Origin: Oikopleura dioica
Taxonomy: Eukaryota > Animalia > Chordata
Assembly (NCBI GenBank): GCA_907165135.1
Contig: OU015569.1
Location: 1,736,001 to 1,800,000, forward strand
Reading direction: 5' to 3'
Length of the DNA stretch: 64,000 nucleotides
Shown: positions 53,600 to 64,000 of the stretch, piece after piece
Layout: the number at the start of each line of letters is the position of its first letter
How positions within the stretch are numbered: position 1 is the stretch's first letter
Made by a program: the position numbers and the translations under genes
The notes under the pieces: generated by a model
The model's database searches: none
Seen by the model: only the letters and a program-made list of their open reading frames with translations
Told to the model about the DNA's origin: nothing

Positions 53600-56500
53600 T
53601 TAAGATTCTGAAGAAAGACCCTTACTTCATAGCCTGTGGACCAAAGGTAAGGGAAGATGTGTCTTTAGAAATGATTTATACGGTAAGAAATTCTTTACTA
53701 CTTTTTAAAGGTTTCGACTATTTTCATGGCAATAAGGGACCTTTTGGATGGCACTTTCAGAATGTGCTCGTTCTCCGAACTCGCGCGGTAACTCATTTAG
53801 CCGGACGACTCCTCTTTTTCAAATTGTACTCCGACTTGATCAAATTTCGCCCGTGGAGCAAAGTACAATGCGCCTAACATTTCCTCTTCCGGCAACAAAT
53901 TGTTTTGCTATTTTCCGCCTCGTGATAGTATTAGCGTCTTTTTCGGAATTGGAGCTGTTTTGTACTGCTTCGAAAAAAGTCGCGAAATGCTCTTGCGGCT
54001 TGCGGCTTAGTGATCTAGTACGAGCTAATCTTCTGCTTCCGAGTTTTCGACTTTTTCGTCTTTTTTTTTTTCCAAATTCCAAATCTAATTGAGAAAAGAT
54101 CGAGTTAGGACTTCGGTCAGCCAGGGCGTGGCTGGTGCATTGCGGCGGAGCGAGTTGCGGCCGCCCGCTGAATCCAACAAAACGGAAATTTCCGACAAAA
54201 AACTCAGACTAAGCGACTGAACGCCATGATCTGTACTGTACATGCGCTTTTACCAGTGCTCGCGGCCGAGCGCAGCTGAAAGTGGAAAAACGAAACGCGA
54301 ACAATGTCCCCTGCCAGGAGTGACATGGAACACCGTCACCTGAATGCAGCTGACTAAACGAAGACTGTCTCTATTTGAAAAGCTTTTGGCCACTGATCAG
54401 TTTTAGAACGGAAGAGAGAGGCGTTAGGGTTAGGTTTACGGTTAACGTAAGGGAGGGATTTAGCGCGTCTTGAGATAAGAGAAGACGATTATGTAAGGTT
54501 GTGGTCGCGGTGGTGTGTCTCGGTCAAGGCGCTTTCTACTTCCGGTGCGCAGCTTCCGCCGGGAAAACAGGTGCTCTCCTTGGAGGGGATCACAGGGAGT
54601 CGGTGGTGGCAGCGCGGTGCACGTGGCCAACCACCAGAATCAGCCAACTCCAAAAGGACAAACGCTAAACCCATTAAGCGATGTGAATAAATGCCAAAAC
54701 GTTGGCGGCAGCTAGCAGCTGCGGAAGTGACGTTCGTGTGAACGTCAAATACTAACTCCGAAAAGTAAAAGTAAAAATATAGCTCAATGTAGATTAATTA
54801 ACACTGATTGAGTGAAACGAGTACCCAAACGCGCGGCGCGGGGCTCATCAAGCTGACTTTTCAGTTTGCGCTATTTATCGTAAAACAGTTGTTCTGTTTT
54901 GTCTCTGGCCCTTAATTACATTGCAAACAAGACTATGCTGCCGGGGATGACACTAGAATCATTCCTTTTCCGGTCCCAAATCGAATTAGACGTTATTTAG
55001 AGAAAGAGAAACTTACTTAATCCGACCGAAGAACAAAAAGGTAATTTCTTGTTTTTCCTTGTCTGAAACTAATCATCCTAAAATCCAATCACTGTTCCAG
55101 CAAAAAATAAAGAATGTTTTTCCAAAAAACAAATCAGCACTAATCTTCTAGCGCCGAAAGGAGCCTCTTACTGTAACAATAATGCATCTAAACAAGAATG
55201 AAAAATAAATATAAATAAATTACGATAATTTTAAAAATTTTTCTCCTTATTAATTTTTTATTTATTCCATTATTGTTTCAGTAAGTTGTTACTCGCGCTA
55301 GAATGTTTAGGGTTAGGGTTTTCTGTATTGAATTTTTTCTGGTTATTTTTTTTCTTGATAAATCTTTGAATTGAAATGATTTTTAGCTTTCCTGAAAAAA
55401 GAATTTTTTTTTAATATTGAAATCTTGCTTATTAATTTTTCTCTAATATTCTTCGTTTTGACATTTTTTTTTCTGGATTCGCTTTCTATTTTTTTGGGGA
55501 GTTTTTTGCGCAACGGTAAATAATTCGCTTTGTGTAGCGCGTCGCTCTAAGTTCTTGCAGCTAACTTAATGGCGGCGGGCGGCGTAACAAAATCGTATCG
55601 GCCAAATCATTACAATCGAATCTATTATGCCGAGGCCAGGCCTACTCCAGGCCACTTGGGGAAATGCAATAACGCCGCCACCAAACTCGTCAATTTTCTT
55701 AAACGAATTCCACGTTCACTACACACAGGACCAGCTACCACTACTCTTCTTTGCTGCCGCGAAATTATGAAAAAGAAAATCGGATTTTCTTCTATTTATT
55801 ATTCCAAAACAGGGCAATTCAAAGAGAAAATCATCTCGTTTCGTTGTTATCAATTTGTAGCTAGAAAATAGCGGCGATTCAGCGCTCGTATTTCTAAAAT
55901 TTGAACTAAAACTTGGCCCATTTTTTTCAGAAAAAAAACAAACAGAAACAGGGAAAAATAAGCAACAAGTCTGTGTTTTTGGCAAACAAAGGACGTTTGT
56001 GGAATCAAGTGCACGGCGAGAGATATATTCAACTCGAAGAGTAACTCGATTAGAAATATATTTTGTTACATCACAAAGCTTATTTTGAGGAAAATAATTA
56101 CAACCCAAATAAAGCGAACTTCTTCGCGGTGAAAGCAAGCGCTTTCTGTCTTTGCGGATTGTTGATGCTCCCATTTTCCATTTGGGAAAAATTTCTTCTT
56201 GATTCTTGAAGCTGCTGGAGCTTCCGGGAGTCGGGCGGGTTGAAGTTCTGGCGCGGCTGTAGCTCTAGGGCGCTCGCTCCTCCACCAAACGCGACGCTCA
56301 AAACTGCTCGCAGACTGATTGACGCCAACTTCACCACTAGACACCTTGACGCCACTCAGGCGACGTTAAGTCTCTCTTTTCTTGCCCATTCTGATTTCCA
56401 AACCAACCGCTCCGTCGACGACTCAGAGATCCCGAGAGACCAATTGCCATCGCAAATGATTTAAAAGAGAGAGAAAGAGAGGTAAAAATAAAGTGAAGAG

Positions 56501-58216
56501 GAGACTTACTTTTTGAGCTCATTTCTAGCCGAATATGTGCTATTTTCAGTCTATTTTTCAACTTATTTTTGTATGAATTGGTTTTTTGAAATCTTCGATT
56601 TTTAGATTTTTTTCTAAATCGCTCTTTTTTTTCGATTTTTGAGAGTTTTGCGGAGTTTTAGGAAGTATTTTTTTCACAAGTTTCAAACACTTACTCCCGT
56701 ACTACATCGTTTACGATTATCACAATTAAAAATTTGCTGCTTTGAACTTTTGAAATTCGCGTTTTTCGGCAAGGACCAAGTCTGAGTAGATTCGCGCGCG
56801 TTAATTGGCCGCGGCTGGTGGCAGGAGTGGCGCTGTTTCGCGCTTACAGTTTTTCTTTAATTAATTAGCATCAATTTCTTTTTTTTTACATGTCAAGTTG
56901 ATTATTACGTATATTGAATCAACTGCCCAGGATGTAAATGAGTTGCTCTCAATCGACGAGTGCTCAAATTTATTATTTTTCAACAAATGAGTCGGAAGAA
57001 CAAATTCAATTTGTCAACTTGCTAATCGAGGGCAAACGAGCTAATTCTGCCGTGTTTTGGAATTCTTGTTTTTTTCTTTTCTCGTCGGATACTTTAAATT
57101 TTACCATCAAAAACGGTTTCCAAAGAGCGATTTTCAGCTATCTTTTCTTCAAAAGTTAACATAAGGATACCCTTATTTTGTCCGACCAAAAGAAGGCTTG
57201 ATCTAGTACCTTTGAAATATTCTTCATTCTAGAGGAGATAAACTTTCATAGCTATGTTTTATTGAAGTCGGGCCTTTGAAGAAACTTTAGGGCCAGTTTT
57301 TTGAAAGAATGAGGCTCAAGAAGGTCGATATTTTTGAAAGTTAGCAAGTTGATATTTCGAGATGATATCGGCACTGACCTTTGGCTTCGGTTTTTAGGGA
57401 TTTGATTGGATTAGAGCGTCCGGGGAATGGCATTTTGCCGCCGACAACGGGCCGATAAATAGAAAAGGTCCGATGCTGCACTTTCACTTCGAGGCTAAAT
57501 CAACACTAAACATGTCATTTCTATTCTGAGTCGATAATCAGCTCACTTAGACACTGCCACTCGCAATTAGCCACATGGATAATACGCCCCTAATAGCCAA
57601 ATCGATAAACAAACACATTCCACAGAGGAAACTGTATTTCACCTTCCTCTTCTTTTCACGCTCTAGTGCTAGTAAGATAGCGCCGATAAAAATTATACAA
57701 GAATAATTTACGTAAGTCATGTTCGCTGAGTACATTTACGTAAAGTGATTATATTTTTATCGCGCTGATTTTACAGTTGAGCGATTATTCAATCCGAATC
57801 CTTGTTATTTTTTGATCTTTATATAATCAGCAATAACTTACTATTAGCTCGTAGAAATAAAATCTGCTCCACTCGACTTACAAAATTAGAAGTAACGATA
57901 TGTATTTAAAGCCGACGGATTTATTGTTATATATGATACATTACATAAATGATGAATATTCCCTCAAAGCTATCAAAACATTATCTAACATATTCTGTAG
58001 ATAGACACTCACATAAATAAAGAAAGAGAGGTTGCCACGCCTCCCGTAATTGACCCGTTTGTGCGTAAATGTGACATATCTTTTAGAACAATCACAAGAA
58101 TAATTTTTTCCCTATTTAGAAATAAAATTGAACAACTACGTAAATCACATTTTTAAAAACTCAAGAATTTGAAATGCATTTTGTTCTATCGTTTTTTTAT
58201 ATGAAAAAATCCTTAA

Positions 58217-58532
58217 GGGTGTCAACAACGATTATATTCCAACTTTTGACCCCGGTAGAGGCACCTTAAGTTGGGTTGTTCAAGATTCTTTATATGTCAA
58301 AAGAAAGTTTAAACCCTTCTGTGACGCGTCTGAAAGCCCGATTTTGGATTAGTACTCTCGTTAATCCTCCCGCCGACTTCAAAGGAAGTCCGTTTTACAC
58401 AAAATAGGGGTAACTTTTAACCCCCATTACTAGAATTCTAGACGAGATGTGAATCTGAAATTTTCAGAGAAGAATCTTCAGACAAAACTACGAATCATAA
58501 GAGAGACCCTTATTCGATCGTTGTTGACACCC
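58217..58532. mobile_element. Kolobok-like MITE (316 bp, TTAA TSD) ~280 bp upstream of the Prop ATG
   Basis: TTAA|GGGTGTCAACAACGAT ... ATCGTTGTTGACACCC|TTAA: perfect 16-bp TIR with RR..YY termini and TTAA duplication. Confidence 0.82.
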
Positions 58533-58811
58533 TTAAAAAAGCATTTAAAACATTTCATAAAATAATTTTCCATTTTTACATTATGGAGGTTATTCATGGA
58601 TTGTGAGTGTTTGAAATCGATAGGTGTGTATTGCTATTATAAGATTGGTTTTAGATAATTGTACACGACTCCGGCGCTGTTGCAGAAAAGAACGCCCTCA
58701 GCTGAGTCTTCGAGAATTTCCCGAGCTCCAAATTAGAAAACTCATTTAACAAAAAAATCAAAGCAAGGAAATTTAATTTTCGCAAATCATCCTCAACGTC
58801 CTCCAAATATC

Positions 58812-61800
58812 ATGGCTACTGACACCGAGACAAAGAGAGAAGTGATGGAGCTTCCGGTTACGCCGACTCCAACTTACAATCAGGTGATTTTAGACAAGAA
58901 AGGCCGGCATAATTACTTTTTAGCAGAGCCCACTTGGGATGTTTCCAACTTCATTGTCGCGCCCATGGCCGGAGAGTTCACCAAACACGACTCCCTCCGG
59001 CGTGTCGCTTAATCTAGGCAGTCCTGCAGGCAGCGCTTCCGGTCAAGTTCTCCCGACGACAACAGGCAACCCTGCCACAACAGTCACGAGTACCGCTGTC
59101 ACATCCTCTCCCAGCGTGGCGAACATTTCTTCAGCAGGCGTCAAGTCATCGCCATCGCCGCCTCCAGGAGTGCCCGATGCGAGCAAGGACGGAAAAAGTT
59201 CACCGACGTACTCGGACTCGACGAGCTCGCGTTGCTTTCCCTATCCTTATCCAACTCCGGCGCGGAGAAGACATCGGACCTCCTTCACCCAAGAACAGTT
59301 GAACTTGCTAGAAAGTGCCTTCGCCAAAACGCAGTACCCCGACATCTACTACAGAGAAGAACTAGCGTCAAGGACGAAATTGACAGAAGCTAGAATCCAG
59401 GTACGTTCCTCTTTCGTTGTACCCAAAACAGCGCTCGAAACTCCAAACAGGAAAAAATAAGGTGTCGCTGGCTCTTTCATTTCGCCGCCATTTAGCAACG
59501 GATTAGGACTTTCGACACATGTTCACAACTGATCCTAACATTTTTGAGAATGAGCAAAAAAGTATATGTATCCTACCGCGTATAATTCGATTACGGCTCC
59601 AGTCTTACATGTTTCAAAACTCAACTACAGCTCTATAAAGTTTGTGTTTATACAGACACGGATCTTACTCGAGAACGAGTAATCGCTAGACGTACTTTCA
59701 GAGTTAACATAGTGACACCCTTAATTTTGGGGTGGTGTCTGGAACCGACAAAAAAATTTCGACAAATTTCGCGTGGGCGGCTACTCGGCTGTTGATTGGC
59801 CCGTTTACAAAATCCAGGCTTCTCGTTGGTTAAAAATTTCAACGCAAAATTTGTGGAAATTTTTTTGTCGGTTCCAGACACCTTCCCTTAATTTTGTCGC
59901 TTTTTCTATCAAAATCTAGCTAATCATAATTTCCAATAAAAGATAAGCTGCAAATCGAACTTCGATAAAAACTAAAATTAGCTGATGGTGAGATTTTTGT
60001 CCATTTTTTTTTGTGTTCGGCGTAAATAGCCGGTTTCACAAGGAGTGTATGAAAATTCAAATCAAATTACTCGAAGGCGACTTTTCTATTTTGGCTAACA
60101 ACAGAGCCGGCCACTGGCTTCACATGCGTCTATCCTCCACCGGCGATAAAGGGGAGAAGATTCGTAGCTCTCCGAAAAAGTAGTAGTAGCGCAAAAGTGA
60201 TTTGCACAACAAATATATTTATCACTGGACAAATCAAGCTGAGAAATTAAAATCGAACCTTGCTTTTTCGCTCTTTTCTTTCTCTGTCTATATTCAATAT
60301 ACGACGATTGAGATTTGGTAAACATATTTGCACCAAAGCAAGAGCTATAAGCAGGAGAAAGAGTATTTTCTTCGAAAACGTAACAAATAGGAGCAGGACA
60401 ACTCTATTTTTAACATCTTGATGGTCCTAAAAGAAGCGTTTTTATTAAATTACAGTACTTCTTTGCGACCTTCCGAGCTAGGCTCGGCAGCCTGTGTAGA
60501 AAGCCTGAGTCAGGGTCTGAAAGAACTAAAGTGAAAAGCCGCGCAGCGGCTTTTTCAAAAACAAAGCCGCGAAGCGGCTTCGCCTGAATTTTTGATAGAT
60601 TGTAATGGTAATATTAGCGAAGCCGCTTCGCGGCTTCGTTTTCAAAAAAGCCGCTGCGCGGCTTTTCATTTCTGTTTTTTAGGACCCTGACTCAGGTTTT
60701 CCACACAGGTAGCCGAGCCCAGCTTCCGATCCTAGGAGCATGAAGTCGAAATAAGTTTCTCAAATCTACCTGTTAGTTTTGAACCCTTTATTAAACCGTT
60801 AATTAAACGTTGTATTCAGGTCTGGTTCCAAAACCGTCGAGCAAAGTTCCGAAAAGTGCAGCGCCAAATGATGGCTTCGAATGCTCTCCAGTCACAGCCC
60901 AATTTGCTCAATCGTTCACCAGCTGGAATCACTCCATTTTCGCAAGGATTCCAAGGTCTACCTTGCCCGTCCGGACTCTACAGTGCCGCGGGAAGCTATA
61001 GCTACTATCCTCTGAACACCGGCGTGCCAGGTGCTCCGGAACAGAGTCCTCTCAACACGTAAGTCCCTGAATTTTGGAATTCAATTTGGAAAGTGTTTAT
61101 TGCTAAAAAGCTGTTGGCTAATCTCCCCTTTAACTGTTGAATTTCTTCGGAGGGCAAAAAGACCACCCCAAATGTCTCCTCAAATTGAATTTGGGTAACT
61201 CAATTTCCCGCCCGAAGCGTCTTCCCAAAATACGATTTTTGACACTTTAAGGGTATAGTTGTCTATTTGCCTATCTAGGAGATCTTATTTCTCAGAACTT
61301 TTTGATTGTACGGCTGGCCAAAATAGCTAGGAAGAAAGAGCTCCAGTAAAATGGCAATTTAGCTTATTTACTCAGTCAATATCTTCACTAAGAAATGATG
61401 ATGAAAGTTTCAGTTATAAAACTGCAATATCGGCAAAATCTGGCGCTTGAATTTTGAAATGGCAGCTTTGAAAATGAAAAAAAGATCCTCAAAAGTCAAG
61501 CTCAGACGTAGTACTAGCCGCCCAAAACAAGTTCTAATCGGCCTAATTGCCCGCCGCGACATTTTCCTTTCATCTTCACAGCTCCGACCCCCGGTCATCG
61601 GTCAACAGCCAGATTCACACGTTTTTTTGGAAGATTTTGGAAATTTAAATCTCCTGACCCGCGCCGCGCGTTTACAAAACACCAAATTACCAAATGCACC
61701 TTCAAAGCGTTGGAACCTTGATTAATCCCGTTTTTTCATTTTAGTGGCGACTCGGCACTGGACAACGCATCCGCCGCCTCTGCTTGGGGAAGTTACTCGC

Positions 61801-61913
61801 GCAGCTTCGCCTTGCCGCCCAGTTCAGCCGGCTTCTTGCCTGGCAACGGCAACTCTGCGCAGAATTCGCTCCTCCAACTCGCCGGGCTCCAAGGACTCGA
61901 CAAGTGGCAGTAG
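58812..61913 (+). CDS. Prop: Paired-like (Q50) homeobox gene of the Prop class, 4 exons
   Basis: Exons 58812-58883, 58924-59400, 60820-61058, 61745-61913. Homeodomain [46 protein letters not shown]|[12 protein letters not shown] carries the classic PRD-class intron and is closest to invertebrate Prop (FTQEQL, YPDIY.REELA..TKL.EARIQ). Confidence 0.85.
59730..59887. mobile_element. Mutator-like MITE (158 bp, 9-bp TSD TTAATTTTG) in Prop intron 2
   Basis: GGTGTCTGGAACCGACAAAAAAATTTC / GAAATTTTTTTGTCGGTTCCAGACACC inverted repeat; TTAATTTTG at 59721-59729 and 59888-59896. Confidence 0.78.
60477..60723. mobile_element. Foldback MITE (247 bp), best copy of the CCTGAGTCAGGG family, in Prop intron 2
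   Basis: About 105-bp inverted arms around a ~33-bp loop; flanked by the direct repeat TTCCGA (60471-60476, 60724-60729). Confidence 0.82.
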
Positions 61914-62345
61914 TCCTTGCAGTCAGTAGTCTCTTCTAGTTTCTCTAAAATCTCGACCCTAATTATCAACCTTTCCCACCTTCACTGGGTCTTCACAAAA
62001 TGAAACACGAAAAAATCAATCTAACTGTAACTTACTAGTGATGACTGTAACTGTAACTTTTATTCTCATTCTTTCTATTTTTATTTTGCCAGTACTGTAC
62101 TGTGATAATTAAATTTGTAAATTGGACTTGTTTGGACAAGTTCGCCTTGGAAATAATAAAAAAAATACACGTAAAAGTAAAAGTTGAACCATTCTTGTAT
62201 GAACTCAAGTAAATGGCTTTCTTGGTGTTCCAGCAGAGCAAATCCAATAATTGATGATTTATATTCTTGTTCACGGCTTATACAACAAACATTCGATTGA
62301 ACCGAAATTTAATTCAAAATATTTAATTAAATTAATCTAAAAATT

Positions 62346-62457
62346 AAGCTTGGCAACCGGTGTAAAAACCTGAGTAAGGGTCTGAAAAATCCTTAATAAA
62401 AAGCTGAAAATCTTTCAAACCCTGACTCAGGTTTTTGACACAGGTTTCCGAGTCCAA
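62346..62457. mobile_element. Internally deleted copy of the CCTGAGTCAGGG foldback family, 3' of Prop
   Basis: GCTTGGCAACCGGTGTAAAAACCTGAGTAAGGGTCTGAAA ... TTTCAAACCCTGACTCAGGTTTTTGACACAGGTTTCCGAGTCC. Confidence 0.7.
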
Positions 62458-62966
62458 GTATCTCAATTCAAGCATTTTGAGCATAAAATCAAGTTTGCCC
62501 TACCTCCCCCTTAATTTGTTTACAAGCGTATATATTGTGCAATATTTGGCTATTGGAACTAACCAGCTGTCACGTGTTTAGCAGGCGCTTTTCCTCCGCA
62601 TCAAAACACGAAAAAACTGCGTCTTCGCCTGAAAGTGAGGCGTTGTTGACGGAAAAACGGCGCGGCGGAAATTCGAAAAGCCAAAATCGTGTTAGACTCC
62701 TGATCTCCGGTCTGATAAGGGGAAATTTATCCAATTGTCAAGTTTGGCTCTTGATTTGCATAATTACGGCTTGGACGAGAATGCGCTGCACAAGCAATGC
62801 GCTGCGGACGCGCTGTTTACTTGTTTGGACGAAGCCGTCATTCGCCGGAAGTACCGCCGCTGACAAAAGCTAACCAGATATACATATATGCCCATCTATA
62901 ATAGCATAAACGTTTTAAAGGCCCTATCATACTTTCAAGACGCGCTGAGGTGTCGTTCATAAATTT

Positions 62967-63090
62967 GACGGCGATGATTTTAGTACCGCAAATCCGACTT
63001 TAGTACAAATCCGACAATGGTACAAAAAAAATATTTGTACTAAAGTCGGATTTGTACTAAAATCGGATTTGTACTAAAATCGCCCCCGTC
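62967..63090. mobile_element. Mutator-like MITE (124 bp, 9-bp TSD CATAAATTT) with subterminal TTTGTACTAAA repeats
   Basis: CATAAATTT|GACGG..GATTTTAGTAC ... GTACTAAAATCGCCCCCGTC|CATAAATTT; repeated AAATCCGACTTTAGTAC / GTACTAAAGTCGGATTT units. Confidence 0.8.
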
Positions 63091-63954
63091 CATAAATTTT
63101 TATGGAAATGTTAACATGTGAGAAACAAGGTGGGAAACACTCGTAATTGCGTTCTAGAGCAATTATTTGTTTCCCACTTCGTTTTTGATTGAAAAAGAAG
63201 CAAGTGAGAAAGACTTGAGTTTCTAGAGATACAAGAAACTTGACGGCGTTTATGACAAAAAATAATGATCTCCAACAATTTCGAATATCTCTAGAAACCC
63301 CTGTCTTTCTCACTTCCTTTTTTTCAAAGAAAAACAAAGTGGGAAACAGATAAATTACCTAGAACGATTACTAGAAGTGTTTCTCACCCTGTTTCTCAGC
63401 TAACAAAAACATGAATAAATGAGCATCTACTGACGATGATGAAGATTTTGGTGTTCGAATGATGGCAAATAATCAACCGTAATCTGCTAAGCTAACTTTT
63501 CTGGCACATTATTATTCCTCAAACTGGCTTGAGCCGCGACAAAGTAGCAGGTGCAGCTTTGGGCCGCGCATTTCGCGAAAATTGGCTAAAAATATTATCC
63601 GGGTTGGGCGATTTTGACGGAAGTGCAACCACAATCGCGTGCACCTGTTTGTCCATTTGCTTTTTGCCATTTTCCTCGGCGGCGCATTTCCTTTCTATTT
63701 TTGGAGGCGAACCAGCGGACCGGATGTCCGACTGCGAAGACTTCCCTTGGCGCCAAGTCAGTAATATTAATTAAGATAATCGATTATGTCGCGCAAAGGT
63801 CGCCAAAGGTTCCACTCCGCTCTGAACTGATCAACGCCACATTAGATTACTCGCATCGAAAATCATCAATTCGACGACACTAATGCTCAAGCCAATCTTT
63901 TCTATTCAATAAAAACTATCAATTGGGTCCAAATTATCGCCGTACCTTCGGAAA

Positions 63955-64000
63955 CAGAGTTGCAAATTTTTTCTGAGCTGAGCTAGCTGAGCTGAGGTTG
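63955..64000. mobile_element. Left end of a second GCTCA-repeat hAT-like MITE (truncated by the window end)
   Basis: CAGAGTTGCAAATTT followed by CTGAGCTGAGCTAGCTGAGCTGAG, as at the start of 50405-50935. Confidence 0.75.

Noticed and set aside
54424-55318. TTAGGG-like telomeric repeats at ~54424 and 55307-55318
   Set aside because: Only two units each, compatible with chance; not an interstitial telomeric array.

Overview
This is eukaryotic DNA with very compact genes and mostly 40-150 bp introns. Several introns need GA-AG or GG-AG splice sites, and genes sit in tight co-oriented arrays with AG acceptors just before their ATGs. Together these point to a larvacean tunicate, most likely Oikopleura dioica (inference). 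Minus array 1 (11913 to <1): RUVBL2, ABHD14, TUBE1, an endophilin-B-like gene lacking an SH3 domain, and DPH6. Plus array (12172 to 17612): an unknown J-domain-like gene, GALT and PCED1. Minus array 2 (35721 to ~17830): CEP135, ZNF593, DLGAP-like, an unknown probably mitochondrial protein, GTF2A2, NOS1AP and SSX2IP-like. Next come NCK, an unknown coiled-coil/Cys-His gene and ANKAR, then a gene-poor, MITE-rich region around a Prop-class homeobox gene (58812-61913). About a dozen non-autonomous DNA-transposon copies (MITEs) are visible, many with clear TIRs and TSDs (hAT-, Tc1/mariner-, Mutator- and Kolobok-like, plus a foldback family). The most striking observation is a hAT-type MITE inserted into the last codons of a PCED1 exon. 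Its own terminus regenerates the displaced Gln codon and offers a GG donor, and the old junction becomes a CAG|GT ratchet-like site, so the insertion could be spliced away. A 960-bp near-perfect palindromic MITE also fills a RUVBL2 intron. Two single-base homopolymer frameshifts (RUVBL2, PCED1) may be assembly errors. All gene models were assembled by eye, so some boundaries are approximate.
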